From positions 3,782,001-3,846,000 of the forward strand of contig NC_086097.1 in the NCBI RefSeq assembly GCF_963921235.1: a DNA stretch of 64,000 nucleotides. Direction: 5' to 3'. Position numbers and translations under genes: made by a program. This document shows positions 12,816 to 25,920 of the stretch, piece by piece; within the stretch, counting starts at the first letter, position 1; each line of letters starts with the position of its first letter. Source of the DNA: Mobula hypostoma. Taxonomy: Eukaryota. The notes below the pieces were generated by a model. The model saw nothing but the letters and a program-made list of their open reading frames with translations. It had not been told where the DNA came from and ran no database searches.

Positions 12816-14644
12816 GCATAATTAATGAAAGTCTTCCATATTATTTTTAGAAGGTTCTTATGTTCCGCATCAACTCCCTGCTATCTTAGACAATGTCCTC
12901 TCTGGTGTATCACTATGCCTGAAGGCTCAAGGTCAGAATCAGAATTAGAATAATCCAAATTAGGTTCAATATCACTGATATATGTTGTGAAATTTGTTGT
13001 TTTGTGCCAGCAGTACATTATAATGCATATTAATAAAATAAAACTATGAGAAATATACTGTATTTAGAAAAAAATTAAGAAATAGTGCAAAAAAAGAGCA
13101 AAATATAGTGTGGTAGTGTCCATGGGCTCATTGTCCGTTCAGAAATCTGAAGGTGATGGAGAAGAAGCTGTTCCTGAAACATTGAGTGTGTGGTTTTGGT
13201 CTCCTTGCTGGTAGCATTGAGAAGAGGTTTTTTCCTGGGTGAGGGGGGTCCTTATTGATGGATGTTGCCATTGTGATTTTTCCTGAGTAGGCCAATCAGG
13301 ACTTTGCCAATGCTGATGGTATGACAAATTGCCCCAGTGACACCAGGCTGGAATGGAAAAGATAGAAGCATTCCAAGTTCGAATTCCCATTGTCTGATAT
13401 TTAACCAGATGGAATTTTCCGGTAAGATGATGTGTTTGGTCACAGCAGCCTCTCTGGGTCCAACAAAGAGTGCAATTATGTGCTTTAAACACTTTTCTTG
13501 TGATTGGACATTGGAAATACAAAATACTGCAAGTCTGTGAGACTGACAGTGGGGAAGCTGTGCGGTCTTGGTTGTTGCAAGGACTAGGCCTCGTGTTGCA
13601 GCGTCGCCTCTTACAGCTACCAGGGGAGGAAGTGCCGGAGGGGGTGTGGGAGAGAACAGAAGATGTCAGGTGTGCTGGGATCCATAGCAACACACACAAA
13701 CTGCTGGAGGTACTCAGCAGGTCAGGCTGTGTTCATGGAAATGAATTAACAGTCAACACTGCAGGCCAATACCCTTCATAAGAGAAGTGCATGGATGGTA
13801 GGGGTATGGAGGGCTACGGTCCCAGTGAAGGAGTAGGCAGTTTAAATGGTTCAGCATGGACTAAATGGGCCAAAGGACCTGTTTCTGTCCTGTACTTTTC
13901 TATGACTCTATCAGGGCCTAATTGGAATCTGTACTAGTTTGGGGCCTGGCCCCTGCAGGCTGTCTCTCCCATCAGTGCTGTGTTCGTTCCCTGGAAGAGA
14001 AGCAGATTTGCCTTCTCCTGTGACTGACCAAACATGAGGCAAACTAATTTGCCTTCATCTGCTAAACCAATGCAAGATGAGGAACTGTTGTGTGCTTGTT
14101 TTTGCAGAAACATGGCTCCAGGACAACATCTCATGCATCGTCAGTCTACAAGCTATGACACTCAGGGACCTGTGTTAATATGATTTTGTGTGACTGTAGG
14201 TGCTAATGTAACTGTATATTCTGTGTGTGACTTTATGTACTGTGTGTGACTGTATGTACCCATGTGTGACTATATGTATTGTGTCTGACTGTATGTACTG
14301 TGTTTTGCACGTGGGCCTGGGAAGAACATTGTTTTGTTTAGCTGTAAACATGTGTATAGTTAAACGGCAATTAAACTTGATCTTGAACTTGTCTAAGGTT
14401 TCTATTGACTTCGCTAACAAAACAATTTATTAGCCTCATCTGCATACACACTGGGTTTTGATCTCCAGTTGGAGCCAATCCTGGATGTTTAACTACCTGC
14501 ATCATATGACCATCCACCTTCCAGTAATCCTTCCTTCCTAGTCAAGAGACCTTTCCATCCCTCAATATGCAATATCTAAAATGTCTAATCAAATTAAAGT
14601 GTTTCAGAATATGTTAATTGTCTTTTCTTCTGGCAGGAGATTGG

Positions 14645-14984
14645 TGTCAGGCCTTTTCCTGGTGACACCTCTCACCGGGCACATGCAGGCATCTCCCAGC
14701 CTCCACCCAGCTAATAGGATTCACTTGCCACTCGTTCCAGACTCATCACCTGCAACCTATTTAAACCCGGTTCTCATTCACAGTTCTTGCTGACATTGAA
14801 GCAGCCGGCCTCAGCCATTTGCTCCTAGCTTTCCCTCTCCCTGTTGTGTTTAGTTTCTGTTCTCTCTTGTTTTGTGGCCCCTCATGGCTTGTTATTTTGC
14901 CATCTATTACTAAAGCTATCACTTGCCGCTGAATTTTCTCCACTGCTCTGCTTTTGGGTCAAGCCTCCTCTGCATTTCCTGACA
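14645..14984 (+). mobile_element. Short solo LTR
   Basis: TGTCAGG...CCTGACA termini, flanks attgg/attgt, TATTTAAA box. Homologous to 5813-6139. Confidence 0.75.
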
Positions 14985-15439
14985 ATTGTTTATAAAATAT
15001 AATGGACCTAGTACATTCCTGGGAAGTTTGTGCTATGTATGTGAAGAACACTGCTTGTAACTCAGCTGCACATCTCCATGGAGATGACCATTTGTCACCA
15101 CCATCCTACATCATAGCACTTGGCCAGCATCATTGCGGTATTCTGCCTTGCCAAGGCAATCAGATGGCAACCAGACACCTCATTAGTTGGTTCATTCAAC
15201 AGTCAGGTTATTTTTCTCCTGGAGAGCTTGTCATACTGATAAGGAAATTCTTGGCATAGGTAATCAAAGGCAGATATGAATACCTGTTGAGGAGGGGTAG
15301 GGACTGATCGCCCAACTTCCAGTCCTTTGCCACCATCTAGGCCATGCCATCTTCCTGCAGGTATAATCAGACAGGAAGCCTGAAGGTCCACAGCCCCAGG
15401 TTCAGGAACAGTTACTTCCCCTCAACCATTCAGTCCGTA

Positions 15440-16915
15440 TGAACATAAGACATAGGAGAAGACAAGCCATTCAGCCCGTCAAGTCTGCTCCACCATTCCA
15501 TCAGGGCTGATCCCGGATACAGCTCAACACCATACACCTGCCTTCTCGCCATATCCTTTGAACATAAGAACATAAGAAATAGGAGCAGGAGTAGGCCACC
15601 TGGCCTGTCGAGCCTGCTCTGCCATTCAATAAAATCATGGCTGATCTGACTATGGACTCATCTCCACCTACCTGCCTTTTCCCTATAACCCTGAATTCTT
15701 GAGGCTATATCCCCTAGTTCTAGTCTCACCTACCAGTGGAAACAACTTTCCTGCCTCTATCTTATCTATCCCTTTCATAATTATATATATTTCTGTAAGA
15801 TCTCCTCTCATTCTTCTGAATTCCAGTGAGTACAGTCCCAGGCAATTCAATTTCTCCTTATAGTCTAATCCCTTCATCTCTGGAATCAACCTAGAGAACC
15901 CCTGTGGCACACCACTCACCACCGTCTGCCAACCAGAGAAACACCCATGTATCCCAACTCTCGGCTTTCTACAAGTCAGCCAATCCCCTATCCATGCTAA
16001 CACATCACCCCCAACTCTATGCATCCTTATCTTATTGATGTCTTATATGTTGCACCTTATCAAGTGACTTCTGGAAATCCAAGTAAGTAATGTCCATCTG
16101 TTCCCCTCTATCCACTGCACTCATTATATCCTCAAAGAACTCCAGTACATTTGTGTCAAACAGGACCTGCCCTTGCTGAATCCATGCTGCGTCTGCCTGA
16201 TGGATCCATTTCTTTCCAGATGCCCCATTACTTCTTTAATGATAGCTTCAAGCATTTTCCCAACTACAGATGTTAAACTAACTGGCCTATTGTTACCCTC
16301 TGTATGCCTACATCCATTTTTGAACAGTGGCGTGACATTCGCTGTCTTCCAATCCACAGGGACCTGCCCGTGTTCCAGAGAATTTTGTAAATCGTCACCA
16401 AAGTCTCTACGATAACTTCTGCTATTTCTTTCAGTACCCTGGGATGCATTCTTTGATGCCCTGACCAATCAGGAGACTATCAACTTCCACTTTAAATATA
16501 CTCACGGACTTGGCTTCCACCACATTCTGTGGCAGAGCATTCCACATGATCCACCACTCAATGGCTAAAAAAAATCCTCCTTACTTCTGTTCCAGAAGGT
16601 CACCCCTCAATTTTGAGGCTATGCCCTCCAGTTCTGGATACCCCCACCACAGGAAACACCCTCTCCACATCCACCCTATCTAGTCTTTTCAACATTCAGT
16701 AGGTTTCAATGAGATCCTCACCACCACCACCACCACATTCTTCTAATTTCCACTGAGTACAGTCCCAAAGTTGCTAAACACTCCTTATATATTAGCTGCT
16801 TAATTCCTGGAATTATCCTCGAGAACTTCCTCGACTCTCTCCAATGACAACACATCCTTTCTGAGTAAGGGGCCCAAAACTGTTGACAATACTCCAAGTG
16901 CAGCCTGACTAGTGT
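15440..16915 (-). mobile_element. Two nested CR1 fragments (15562-16450 inside 15440-16915)
   Basis: ORFs 15683..16024, 16124..16468 and 16718..16921. Duplication ctttga at 15556-15561 and 16451-16456. Confidence 0.85.
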
Positions 16916-16917
16916 CT

Positions 16918-18365
16918 GCATGACTGAGAAGCTGGTACAGGAGACAGGACTTCAGTTTCTTGGATCACTGGGATCTCTTCCAAGGGAGGTACGACCTGTA
17001 CAAAAGGGATGGGTTGCACCTGAACCCGAGGGGGACACAATATTCACGCGGGCAGGTTTATGAGAGCTGTTGAGAAGGGTTTAAACTAATTTGGCAGGGG
17101 TGGGAGCCAGAATGAAGGGACTACGGATAAGGCAGATGGTAAAATCAAAGATAGCGTGCAGTCAGGCTGTCAGAAAGTGCAGGCAGATGATAGGACAAAA
17201 TAGCAGCACTAAAGTGAATTAGCGATGCAGAACCAAAAAGGGTAGCACATATAGTACTCAAAGTGTTATATCTCAATGCATGGAGTATAAGAAATAAGGT
17301 GGATGATCTTGTTGCACTATTACAGATTGTCAGGTATGATGTTGTAACAAACATTGAAGGATGGTTGTAGTTGGGAACTGAATGTCCAAGGTTTCATGTT
17401 ATATCGGAGGGATAGGAAGGTAGGCAGTGGCTCTGCTGCTAAAGAATCATATCAAATCAGTAAAAAGATGTGACATAGGATCGGAAGATGTTGAATCCTT
17501 GTGAGTTGAGTTAAGAAACTTCAAGGGTAAAAGGACCCTGATGGAAGTTATATACAGCCCTCCTAGCAATATCTGAGATGTGGACAACAGATTACAGTCG
17601 GAAATAGAAAAGACGAGTCAAAAGGGCAATGTTATGGTAGTCAAGGGAGATTTCAACATGCAAGTCGATTGGGAAAATCAGGTTGGTAATGGATCTCAAG
17701 AGAGTGAGTTTGGTGAATGCCAAAGAGATAGCTTTTTAGAGCAGTTTGTCATTGAGCCTACTAGGGGATCAGCTATACTGGATTGGATATTATGTAATGA
17801 ACCAGAGGCCATTAGAGAGCTTAAGGTAAAAGCACCATTAGGAACCAGTGATCACAAAATGATTGCGTTCAACTTGAAATTTAATAGGGAGAAAATTAAG
17901 TCTGATATAGCAGTATTTCAGTGGAGTAAAGGAAATTACAGGGGTATGAGAGAGAAGTTGGCCAAAGTAAATTGGAAGGAGCTGCTGGCAGGGATGTCGG
18001 CAGAGCAGCAATGGAGTGAGGTGTGGGATAGATGTATTCCAAAAACAAAGAAATACTCAAAATAGTACAAGTATGGCTAGCAAGGGAAGTCAAAGCTAAT
18101 ATAAAAACAGTAGAGAGCGCATAAAACAAAGCAAAAATGAGTGGGAAGATAAAGGTTTGGAAAGCTTTTATAAACCAACAGAGAGCAACTAAAAGAATCA
18201 TTAGAAGCAAAAATATGAAAGCAAGCTAGCAAACAATATCAAAGTGGATGGTAAAAGCTTTATCAAGTATGTAAAAAATAAAAGAGATTTGAGATTGGAT
18301 ATAGGACCGCTAGAAAATGAGGGTGACAATGAGATGGCAGATGAACTAAATTAATATTTTGCATC
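16918..18365 (+). mobile_element. CR1 fragment (end of ORF1, endonuclease, tether)
   Basis: ORF 17580..18065 has GDFN...EPTRGSAILD...LGTSDH. Confidence 0.9.
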
Positions 18366-19535
18366 AACCTTTGTCCCTCATTACTACCTCATTAGCATCA
18401 TTTTCCAGTGGTCTAATATCAACTCTCACTTCCCTTTTACTCTTTATATTTCTGAAAACAATTTTGGTATCTTGCTGTATATCATTGGCTAGTTTGCCCT
18501 CATATTTCAACTCTCCTTTCTTATAGATTTTTAGTTGCCTTTTGTTGGATTTTAAAAGCTTCCCAATCATTCAACTTCCCATTCACTTTTGCTACCTTAT
18601 ATGCCCTTTCTTTGGCTTTTATGCAGTCCTTAACTTCCCTTGCCAACCATGGTTGCCTACCCCTGCCATTTGAGAACTTCTTCTGTAGGATATAAGGTAT
18701 CTATCCTGCGCCTTGTGAACTATTCCCAGAAACTTCAGCCACCTCTGCTCTGCTGTCATCTCCACCAGTATCCTCCTCCAAACCACCTGGGCAAGCTCTT
18801 CTCTCAAGCCTCTGTAATTCCCTTTATTCCATTGTGATACTGATACATGTGATTTATGCTTCTCCCCTTCAAACTGCATTAAGAATTCAATCATATTATG
18901 ATCACTGCCTCCTCAGGGTTCCTTTACATTAAGCTCCCCAATAAGATCTGGGTTACTAACAACATCCAGTCTAAGATAGCCTTTCCCTGAGTAGGCTTAA
19001 GCACAAACTGCTCTAAAAAGCCATCTCACAGGCATTCAACAAATTCCCTCTCTTGTGATCGGACACCAACCTGATTTTCTCAATCCCCTTGCATATTGAA
19101 GTCCCTCATTACAATTGTGACTTTACCCTTATTACCTTTTCCAGCTCCCTTTGCAATCACAATGCCACATCTTGGCTACCATTTGGAGACCAATATATGA
19201 TTCCCATAATGGTTTTTTCACCCTTGCAGTTTCTTAACTCCACCCACAAAGATTCAACATTCTCCGACCCTATGTCAGCTCTTACTAAAGATGTAATTCT
19301 ATATCTTACCAACAGAGCCACACCACCGCCTGCGCTTTCCTGCCTGCCCTTTTGATACAAAGTCTATCCTTAGATGTTAAGCTCCCAACTATGGCCTTCT
19401 TTCAGCCACGACTCAGTGATTCCCAGAACATCATACTGACCAGTCTCTAATTGCGCCTCGAGTTCGTCCACCCTTATTCCAAATGCTGCGTGCATTTAAA
19501 TACAGACCTTCAGTCCTGCATTCTTTGCCCTTTTG
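18366..19535 (-). mobile_element. CR1 fragment (endonuclease, tether), inverted relative to the preceding one
   Basis: ORFs 19157..19360 (GGGVALL..VESLWVELRN), 18619..18894 and 18364..18570. Confidence 0.9.
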
Positions 19536-20269
19536 TATTGAAGCAACCCATACAGGCCTAATCACTACGTCAGCACAGCCGCAGTGTGAACATTTGGATC
19601 ACTTTGCAATACAATGGATTCTTTTGTGAGTCTGATTGTATTTTTCTTATGAAAATTGTGTATAATTTATGTTGAATTCACGTTTTTGCAGTGATTGCTG
19701 GCCGTGTGATACGTTGTGGCTGTGATGCTGCTGTGAGTAAGTTTTTCACCGCACCTGTGTGATGACAATAAATCTGTGCATCATCGTTATCATGAGGTGA
19801 TCATGGTCTCATGACCATTTTTGTTCTTGGCAAATTTCTCTGCGGAAGTGGTTTGCCATTGCCTTCTTCTGGGCAGTAACTTTAGCAGACGGGTGACTCC
19901 AGCCATTATCAATACTCGTCAGACATTATCTGCCTACCATCAGTGGCTGCGTAACCAGGACTTGTGACATGTACCAGCTACTCATACCCACCTGCTCCCA
20001 CAGCTTCACATGACCCTGACTGGTGGGGGGGTGCTAAGCAGGTGCTACACCTTGCCCCGCGGAGGGAAGGAGCACCTTCCACCTCCTTTGGTGAAGACGT
20101 ATCTCCACCCCGTCCACTGTGCAGTTGACAAAAGCAGTGCAGAGAACAATAAACTTGACTTTGACTTTGCCTGCCCCGTGTGGGAATGAAGAATGAGAGT
20201 TCAAGGGCCAAATTATTTCACTGCAAATTTCTATTTGCTTCATATGGCATAGGGAAGGGGTATCGAATC

Positions 20270-20712
20270 AGGGTATGAGGAGCATCTGATGGCTCTCGGC
20301 CTGTACTCACTGAAGTTTAGAAGAATAAGGCAGATCTCATTGAAACATATTGAGTATTGAAAGGCCAAGATAGAGTGGATGTGGAGAGGACGTGGAGAGT
20401 GGGGGAGTCTCACCAGTGCACACAGCCTCAGAATGCAGGGACGCCCACTTAGAATGGAGACGAGGAGGCATTACTTTAGCCAGAGGATGGTGAATCTGTG
20501 GAATTCATGGTCACAGATGGCTGTGGAGGCCAAGTCATTGGGTATATTGAAAGTCGAGGTTAATAGGTTCTTGATCAGTCAGGACATCAAAGGTTATGGG
20601 GACTCGGCAGGGTAATTGAGGTTGAGAGGGATAATAAATCAGTCGTGATCGAATGGCGGCACAGACTAGACGGGCCGAATAGCCTCATTTTCCTCCCATG
20701 TCTTATGGCTAT
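20270..20712 (+). mobile_element. CR1 3' fragment
   Basis: ORF 20379..20615 has FSQRMVNLWNS. Ends in a tcttatgg tail. Confidence 0.85.
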
Positions 20713-20719
20713 GCTCGGA

Positions 20720-21540
20720 ATGCTATGCCAGCTTCAGGTCGGTTTGTTTGCGGGTGTCGGGGGTTCTGGAGGGCAGGAGAGGATTTAACTATCCAGAGAG
20801 AAAGGACTGGACCCGTCGTGTGAGCATATCGAGTTCAGAGATAATTCTGCGCTGCTCTCCACTCTTTCGGAGTTCCCATGGTGATCGTGAAATGTTTATC
20901 CTCGCACCGTCACATGATGCAGGTCCGATTGCATTACCCGGACGGTTTCTCTGGCTCCGGGCTCCCGGAACACTTCCAAAACAACATGCACGGCCCGCCG
21001 TGGACTGCTTAATACCCCAGCTCAGTTTATTAAATCAAAGATAGCACTGGAAAAGTAGAACCACAACTCGGAGATCTTTCTTCTTTTCCCAGCAACGTTG
21101 TGTTGAAAGTGCGCTATTGTTCATCGATGTGAGGGATGGACGCCGATGCCACCGCTCTCGCCTGTCTGGCAGAAATCCGCCGCCAACCGCTTCACATCAA
21201 AAATACCGTGAAAAATATCTTTGTCACTCAGCTGGGAGAACGAAGGTAAAAATCCCTTGCTCCTACCACCCGAGATTCGGAACTTGGGCGCTGCCTTATT
21301 TGCAGACGGCTGTAGGGATTTGTTTAAAGTTGCTGTCGGTGAGAAGTTTGTCGCCAGGAGTGGTTAATAATCCTGTCAATCAACACCCGTTACGACCCTG
21401 TCCCAACTGACTGTCCCAAGATAGTGCAAGTAAATTGGAAACGATTACCCGAGACTTGCTATATTTTTCTGGAAAAGAATGCACTGTCTTTATTGATGTA
21501 AACAACTGCATCTGGCAGTAAATGTTTCTTGAACACAGGG
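20720..21540 (+). promoter_or_regulatory. CpG-rich unique region around the first coding exon (candidate promoter/5' UTR)
   Basis: Many intact CpGs in otherwise CpG-depleted DNA and no recognisable repeat. X-box-like GTTCCCATGGTGAT at 20872-20885. Acceptor-like ttcttttcccag ends at 21092. Confidence 0.45.
21136..21245 (+). CDS. CCDC197: Coding exon 1 of a DUF4200 coiled-coil gene (CCDC197/CCDC42-homolog type): MDADATALACLAEIRRQPLHIKNTVKNIFVTQLGER+AG
   Basis: ATG at 21136 in strong context (gggATGg) with an in-frame TGA just upstream. Donor AAG|GTAAAA at 21245/21246, phase 2. Lies in unique CpG-rich DNA. KNIFVTQLGER resembles the N-terminal NVFVTQL motif I recall from fish CCDC197/CCDC42-homolog proteins. 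The symbol is from recall, and CCDC42 and CFAP73 are paralogous alternatives. Confidence 0.8.
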
Positions 21541-22395
21541 GACTGTGCAGATCAACACACACACAAAATGCTGGAGGAACTCAGCAGGCCAGGCAGCCTC
21601 AGTGGAAATGAATAAACAGTCAACATTTCCAGCCAAGATCCTTCATCAAGACTGGAAGTGAATGTTGGGCCATAGAACATGGAGGCCGTTCAGCCCATCG
21701 AGTCTGCTGCTCTATTCCATCATGGCTCTCAACCCCAATCCCCTCCCTTGTCCCCGTAACCTCTGACGCCCTGTCTAATCAAAAACCTATCAACCTCTGC
21801 CTTAAATACACCCAATGACTTGGCCTCCACAGCCAATCATGGCAATGAATTCACAGATTCTCCATCCTCTCATCTCTGTTCTAAATGGCCATCCTTCTAT
21901 TCTGAGGCTGTATCCTCTGCCCCCCCCCCTTCTTTACAGTCCTGATGAAGGGCCTGCCCAAAATTTATTCATTTCCATAGATGCTGCCTGACTGGCATAG
22001 TTCCTCCAGCACTTAGTGTGTTGGCCATTGTGGTTTCCCTGTTAATTGATTGTGAGGTGTATATAATTCGGTTTGAATCTTTACTGTGGCTGATCCTGCT
22101 GTGTTGGTGAATAATGTATATCAGAGTTTGACCTGTGTGGTGGCAATATATTCAACAGCAGTTCAGCAAAGAGCCTCTCTGATCTGCTGCTTGTGTTACT
22201 GTAAAGTTAACCTGGGAAATTGAGTTTCTGCTCCAGGGACAGCAGAAGATTACTCCAGATCTCAGTTTGAAAGAATTATAGAACACGACAGGGTTATATC
22301 ATAGAAGGAGTTCATTATTTGTGGGAGCTGTGACAATGACTACCTCATTATTTTTCCTTTTTTTGCTCTCTGTTGCAACTACCTAATTATACATA

Positions 22396-22499
22396 CAGTA
22401 CTGTGCAAAAGTTTTTAGGTGTATGTCTGTGCGTATGTGTGTGTATGTATATATATATACACACACTGCTAGGGTGCCTATGACTTTTGGCTGGTACTG
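22396..22499. mobile_element. Tc1/mariner-type MITE with a (TG/TA/CA)n core
   Basis: TA|CAGTACTGTGCAAAAGT ... ACTTTTGGCTGGTACTG|TA imperfect TIRs. Confidence 0.6.
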
Positions 22500-22830
22500 T
22501 ACATAATTTTATGTATTGTACTGTACTGCTGACACAATAAAACAAATTTCGTGACATATGTGAGTGATGATAAACCTGATTCAGATATGGGTCTCTATTG
22601 GAGACTAGAGAGTGGAAAGGGAGCAGGGAATCGTGGTTGGGAAAAGGAGAAGAGAGAGGGGAGGGAGTGGGAAGCACCAGAGAGACATTCTGTAATGATC
22701 AATAAACCAATTGTTTGGAATTAAATGACCTTGCCTGGTGTCATAGGGCTGGGTGTGTCTGCACCTGCACCACCCCTCCCTCCCTCCCCCCCTCCCCCCC
22801 AACCTTGACTTTTGACCAGTACTGTATTTA

Positions 22831-24480
22831 CAGTGCCTATAAAAAGTATTCAGCACCCTTGGAAGTTTTCATGTTTTATTGTTTTGCAACATTGAGTCAC
22901 AGTGGATTTAATTTGGCTTTTTTTTGACACTGATCAACAGAAAAAGACTCCCATGTTAAAGTGAAAACAGATCTCTACAAAGTGATCTAAATGAATTACA
23001 AATATAAAACACAAGATAAATGATTGCATAAGTATTCACGCCCTCACTTAATATGACACACTAAATCATTACTGGTGCAGCCAATTGGTTTTAGAAGTCA
23101 AATAATTAGTTAAGTGGAGATCACCATGCAGTCAAGGTGTTTCAATTGATTGTTGTAAAGATACACCTGTATCTGGAAGGTCCAACTGCTGGTGAGTCAG
23201 TATCCTGGCAAAAACTACACCATGAAGACAAAAAAACACTCCGAGCAACTCTGCAAAAAGGTTACTGAAAAGCACAAGTCAGGAGATGGATACAAGAAAA
23301 TTTCTAAGTCACTGAAAATCCCTTGGAGTATAGTTAATTTAATCATCAAGAACTGGAAAGAATATGGCACAGCTGTAAATCTGACTGGAGCAGTCTGTCC
23401 TCAAAAACGGAGTGACTGTGCAAGGAGGGGACTAGTGAGGGAGGTCAGCATGACAACTCTGGAGGAGTTACAAGCTTCAATGGCTGAGATGGGGGACACT
23501 GTGCAGACAATGACTGATGGACTGATGCCCGGGTGCTTCACCAGTCACAGCTTTGTAGCAGAGTGGCAAAGAGAAAGGCACTAGTTGGAAAAAAACTCAC
23601 ATGAGATCTCAGCTAGAGTTTGCCAGAAGGCATGTGGGAGACTCTGAAGTCAGAGAAAGAAGGTTGTATGGTCTGATGAAACCAAAATTGAGCTTTTTGA
23701 CCATCAGACTAAATGAAATGTTTGGTGTAAACCAAACCCGGTGTATCATTCAAACACACTATCTCTACCATGAAGCTTGGTGGTGGCTGCATCATGCTGT
23801 GGGGATGCTTCACTGCAGCAGGCCCCGGAAGGCTTCTGAAGGTAGAGGGTGAAATGAATGAGGCAAAATACAGGGAAATTCTGCAGGAAAACCTGATGCA
23901 GTTTGCAAAAGATCTGCAACTTGGGAGATTTGTTTTCCAGCAAGACAATGACCCCAAGCATAAAGCCAAAGCTACACAGAAGTGGCTTAAAAACAAGGAA
24001 GTTAATGCCCTGGGGTGGCCAAGTCAGAGTCCAGACCTCAATCCAATTTGGAATTTGTGGCTGGTCTTGAAAAGCTGACGATTCTCATGCAATCTGACAG
24101 GGCTTGAGCAGTTTTGTAAAGAAGAATGGTGGGGGGGGGGGTACGAAATTGCAATGTCCTGATGTGCAATGTGTCTGCTAAATACTGACTTGAAGGGGGT
24201 GAGTAATTATACAATTATTTTGTGTTTAATAATTGTAATACATTTAGACCAATCTGTAGAGATCTGTTTTCACTTTGACATGAAAGAGTCTTTTCTGTTG
24301 ATCAGTGTCAAAAAAGCCATATTAAATCACAAACAGGAGTCCTGCCGAAGGGTTTTGGCCCGAAACATTGACCCTACTCTTTTTGTAGATGCTGCCTGGC
24401 CTGTGCTGTTATTCGATTCAGTGTTGTACAGCAACATGAAAACTTTCAAAGGGAGAGGTGAATACTTTTTATAGGCATTA
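22831..24480 (+). mobile_element. Tc1 DNA transposon with a disrupted transposase (ATG at about 23222)
   Basis: TA|CAGTGCCTATAAAAAGTATTCA ... TGAATACTTTTTATAGGCATTA|TA. Motifs GYKKISKSL, WSDETK, GGGCIMLWGCF, FQQDNDPKH and WPSQSPDLNPI are spread over several frames. Confidence 0.95.
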
Positions 24481-24849
24481 TATATTTTTATAATTTATAG
24501 TTTTTTTTATCATGTATTGCATTGTACTGCTGCCACCAAACAACACATTTTACAGCCTATGTCAGTGATATTAATTCTGATTCTGACCATAAAACTGATC
24601 CAAAACAAAATCTATTGCACTGTTGTATTGTACTCTATAGCTCTGTTTTCTTCATCTCCAAATATTTGTCCTCTGTATTTTGAAAGATGTTTTCTCCTTG
24701 TGCATTTCCCTGGGGTGAAGCACTTTGTGCTTCTGATATACTCCTTACAGTCTGTTTCTTGTATTATGGGATGGGGTCATTGTTGGGAAGGTCAGCATTT
24801 ACGGCCTATCAGAAAGGCACTTGAGAAAGTTTAATCTAAATATTTTACA

Positions 24850-25190
24850 GTCATAGAACACTTCGCATAGAAACAGGCCTTTCAGCCCATCTAGTCCCTG
24901 CTGAACTGTTAACCTACCTACTCCCATTGATGTGCACCTGGACCATAGCCCTCCATACCCTTCCCATCCATGTACCCATCCAAATTTCTCTTAAATGTTG
25001 AAATTGAACCTGTATCCACCACTTGTGCTGGCAGCTCGTTCCACACTCTCACCACCCTCTGAGTGACAAAGTTTCCCCTTGTGTTTCCCATAACCATTTT
25101 ACCTTTCACCCTTAATCCATGACCTCTAATTCTAGTCTCACCCAATCTCAGTAGAAAAGGCCTGTTTGCATTTACCCTATCTATACGCCT
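24850..25190 (-). mobile_element. CR1 3' fragment
   Basis: ORF 24918..25193 has RGHGLRV..FVTQRVVRVWNELP. Confidence 0.85.
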
Positions 25191-25439
25191 CATCTTTCTT
25201 TGAAGATACTCACAAAGTGCGGAGGAAAAGCAACTCCAGGATTTTGGTTGAGTGCTGATGAAAGAAAGGTGATATATTTCAAAGTCACTAATGGTCTTTC
25301 TGTGCTCTCACTGATCTGCCCTTCAATGGGACTGGGAGAGGTGAAGTTTGTGAGGGTCTGCCTTAGTAGTATGGAGAGTAGAGCAAATGCTTCCATTGAG
25401 TGGTGCATAGTATAGGCATTGCTGGACAAAATTAATGTT

Positions 25440-25920
25440 AGACCATAAGGCCATTCAGCCCATTGAGTTTGATCCACCATTTGGTCATGGCTAATTTATT
25501 ATGCTTCTCAACCCATTCTCCTGCCTTCTGCCTGTAACCTTTGATGCCCTGACTAATCAAGAACCTATCCCCATCTGTGAAAAATATACACAATGATTTG
25601 GCCTCCACAGCTGTCTGATGCTACAGATTCACCACCCACTGGCTAAAGAAATTCCTTCTCACCTCTGTTCCACAGCAACATCTCTCTATTCTAAGATTGT
25701 GCCGTCTGGCCCTGGACTCCGTCACTATAGGAAACATCAGTCTTTCACTGTTCAATAGCTTTCAATGAGATTCCCGCTCATTCTTCTAAACTCCCACGAG
25801 TGCAGGCCCAGCACCACCAAATGATCCTCATAACTTCCTCCTTTAATTACTGGGATCATCCTTATGAATCTTGTCTGGACCCTCTCCAACGCCAGCAAAT
25901 CTTTTCTTAGATTCGGGGCC
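25440..25920 (-). mobile_element. CR1 3' fragment
   Basis: ORF 25752..25952 has LRKDLLALERVQTRF. Confidence 0.85.

Noticed and set aside
21117..21410. ORF-track protein overlapping exon 1
   Set aside because: Wrong frame. The frame starting at 21136 is the one that splices in phase and carries the family motif.
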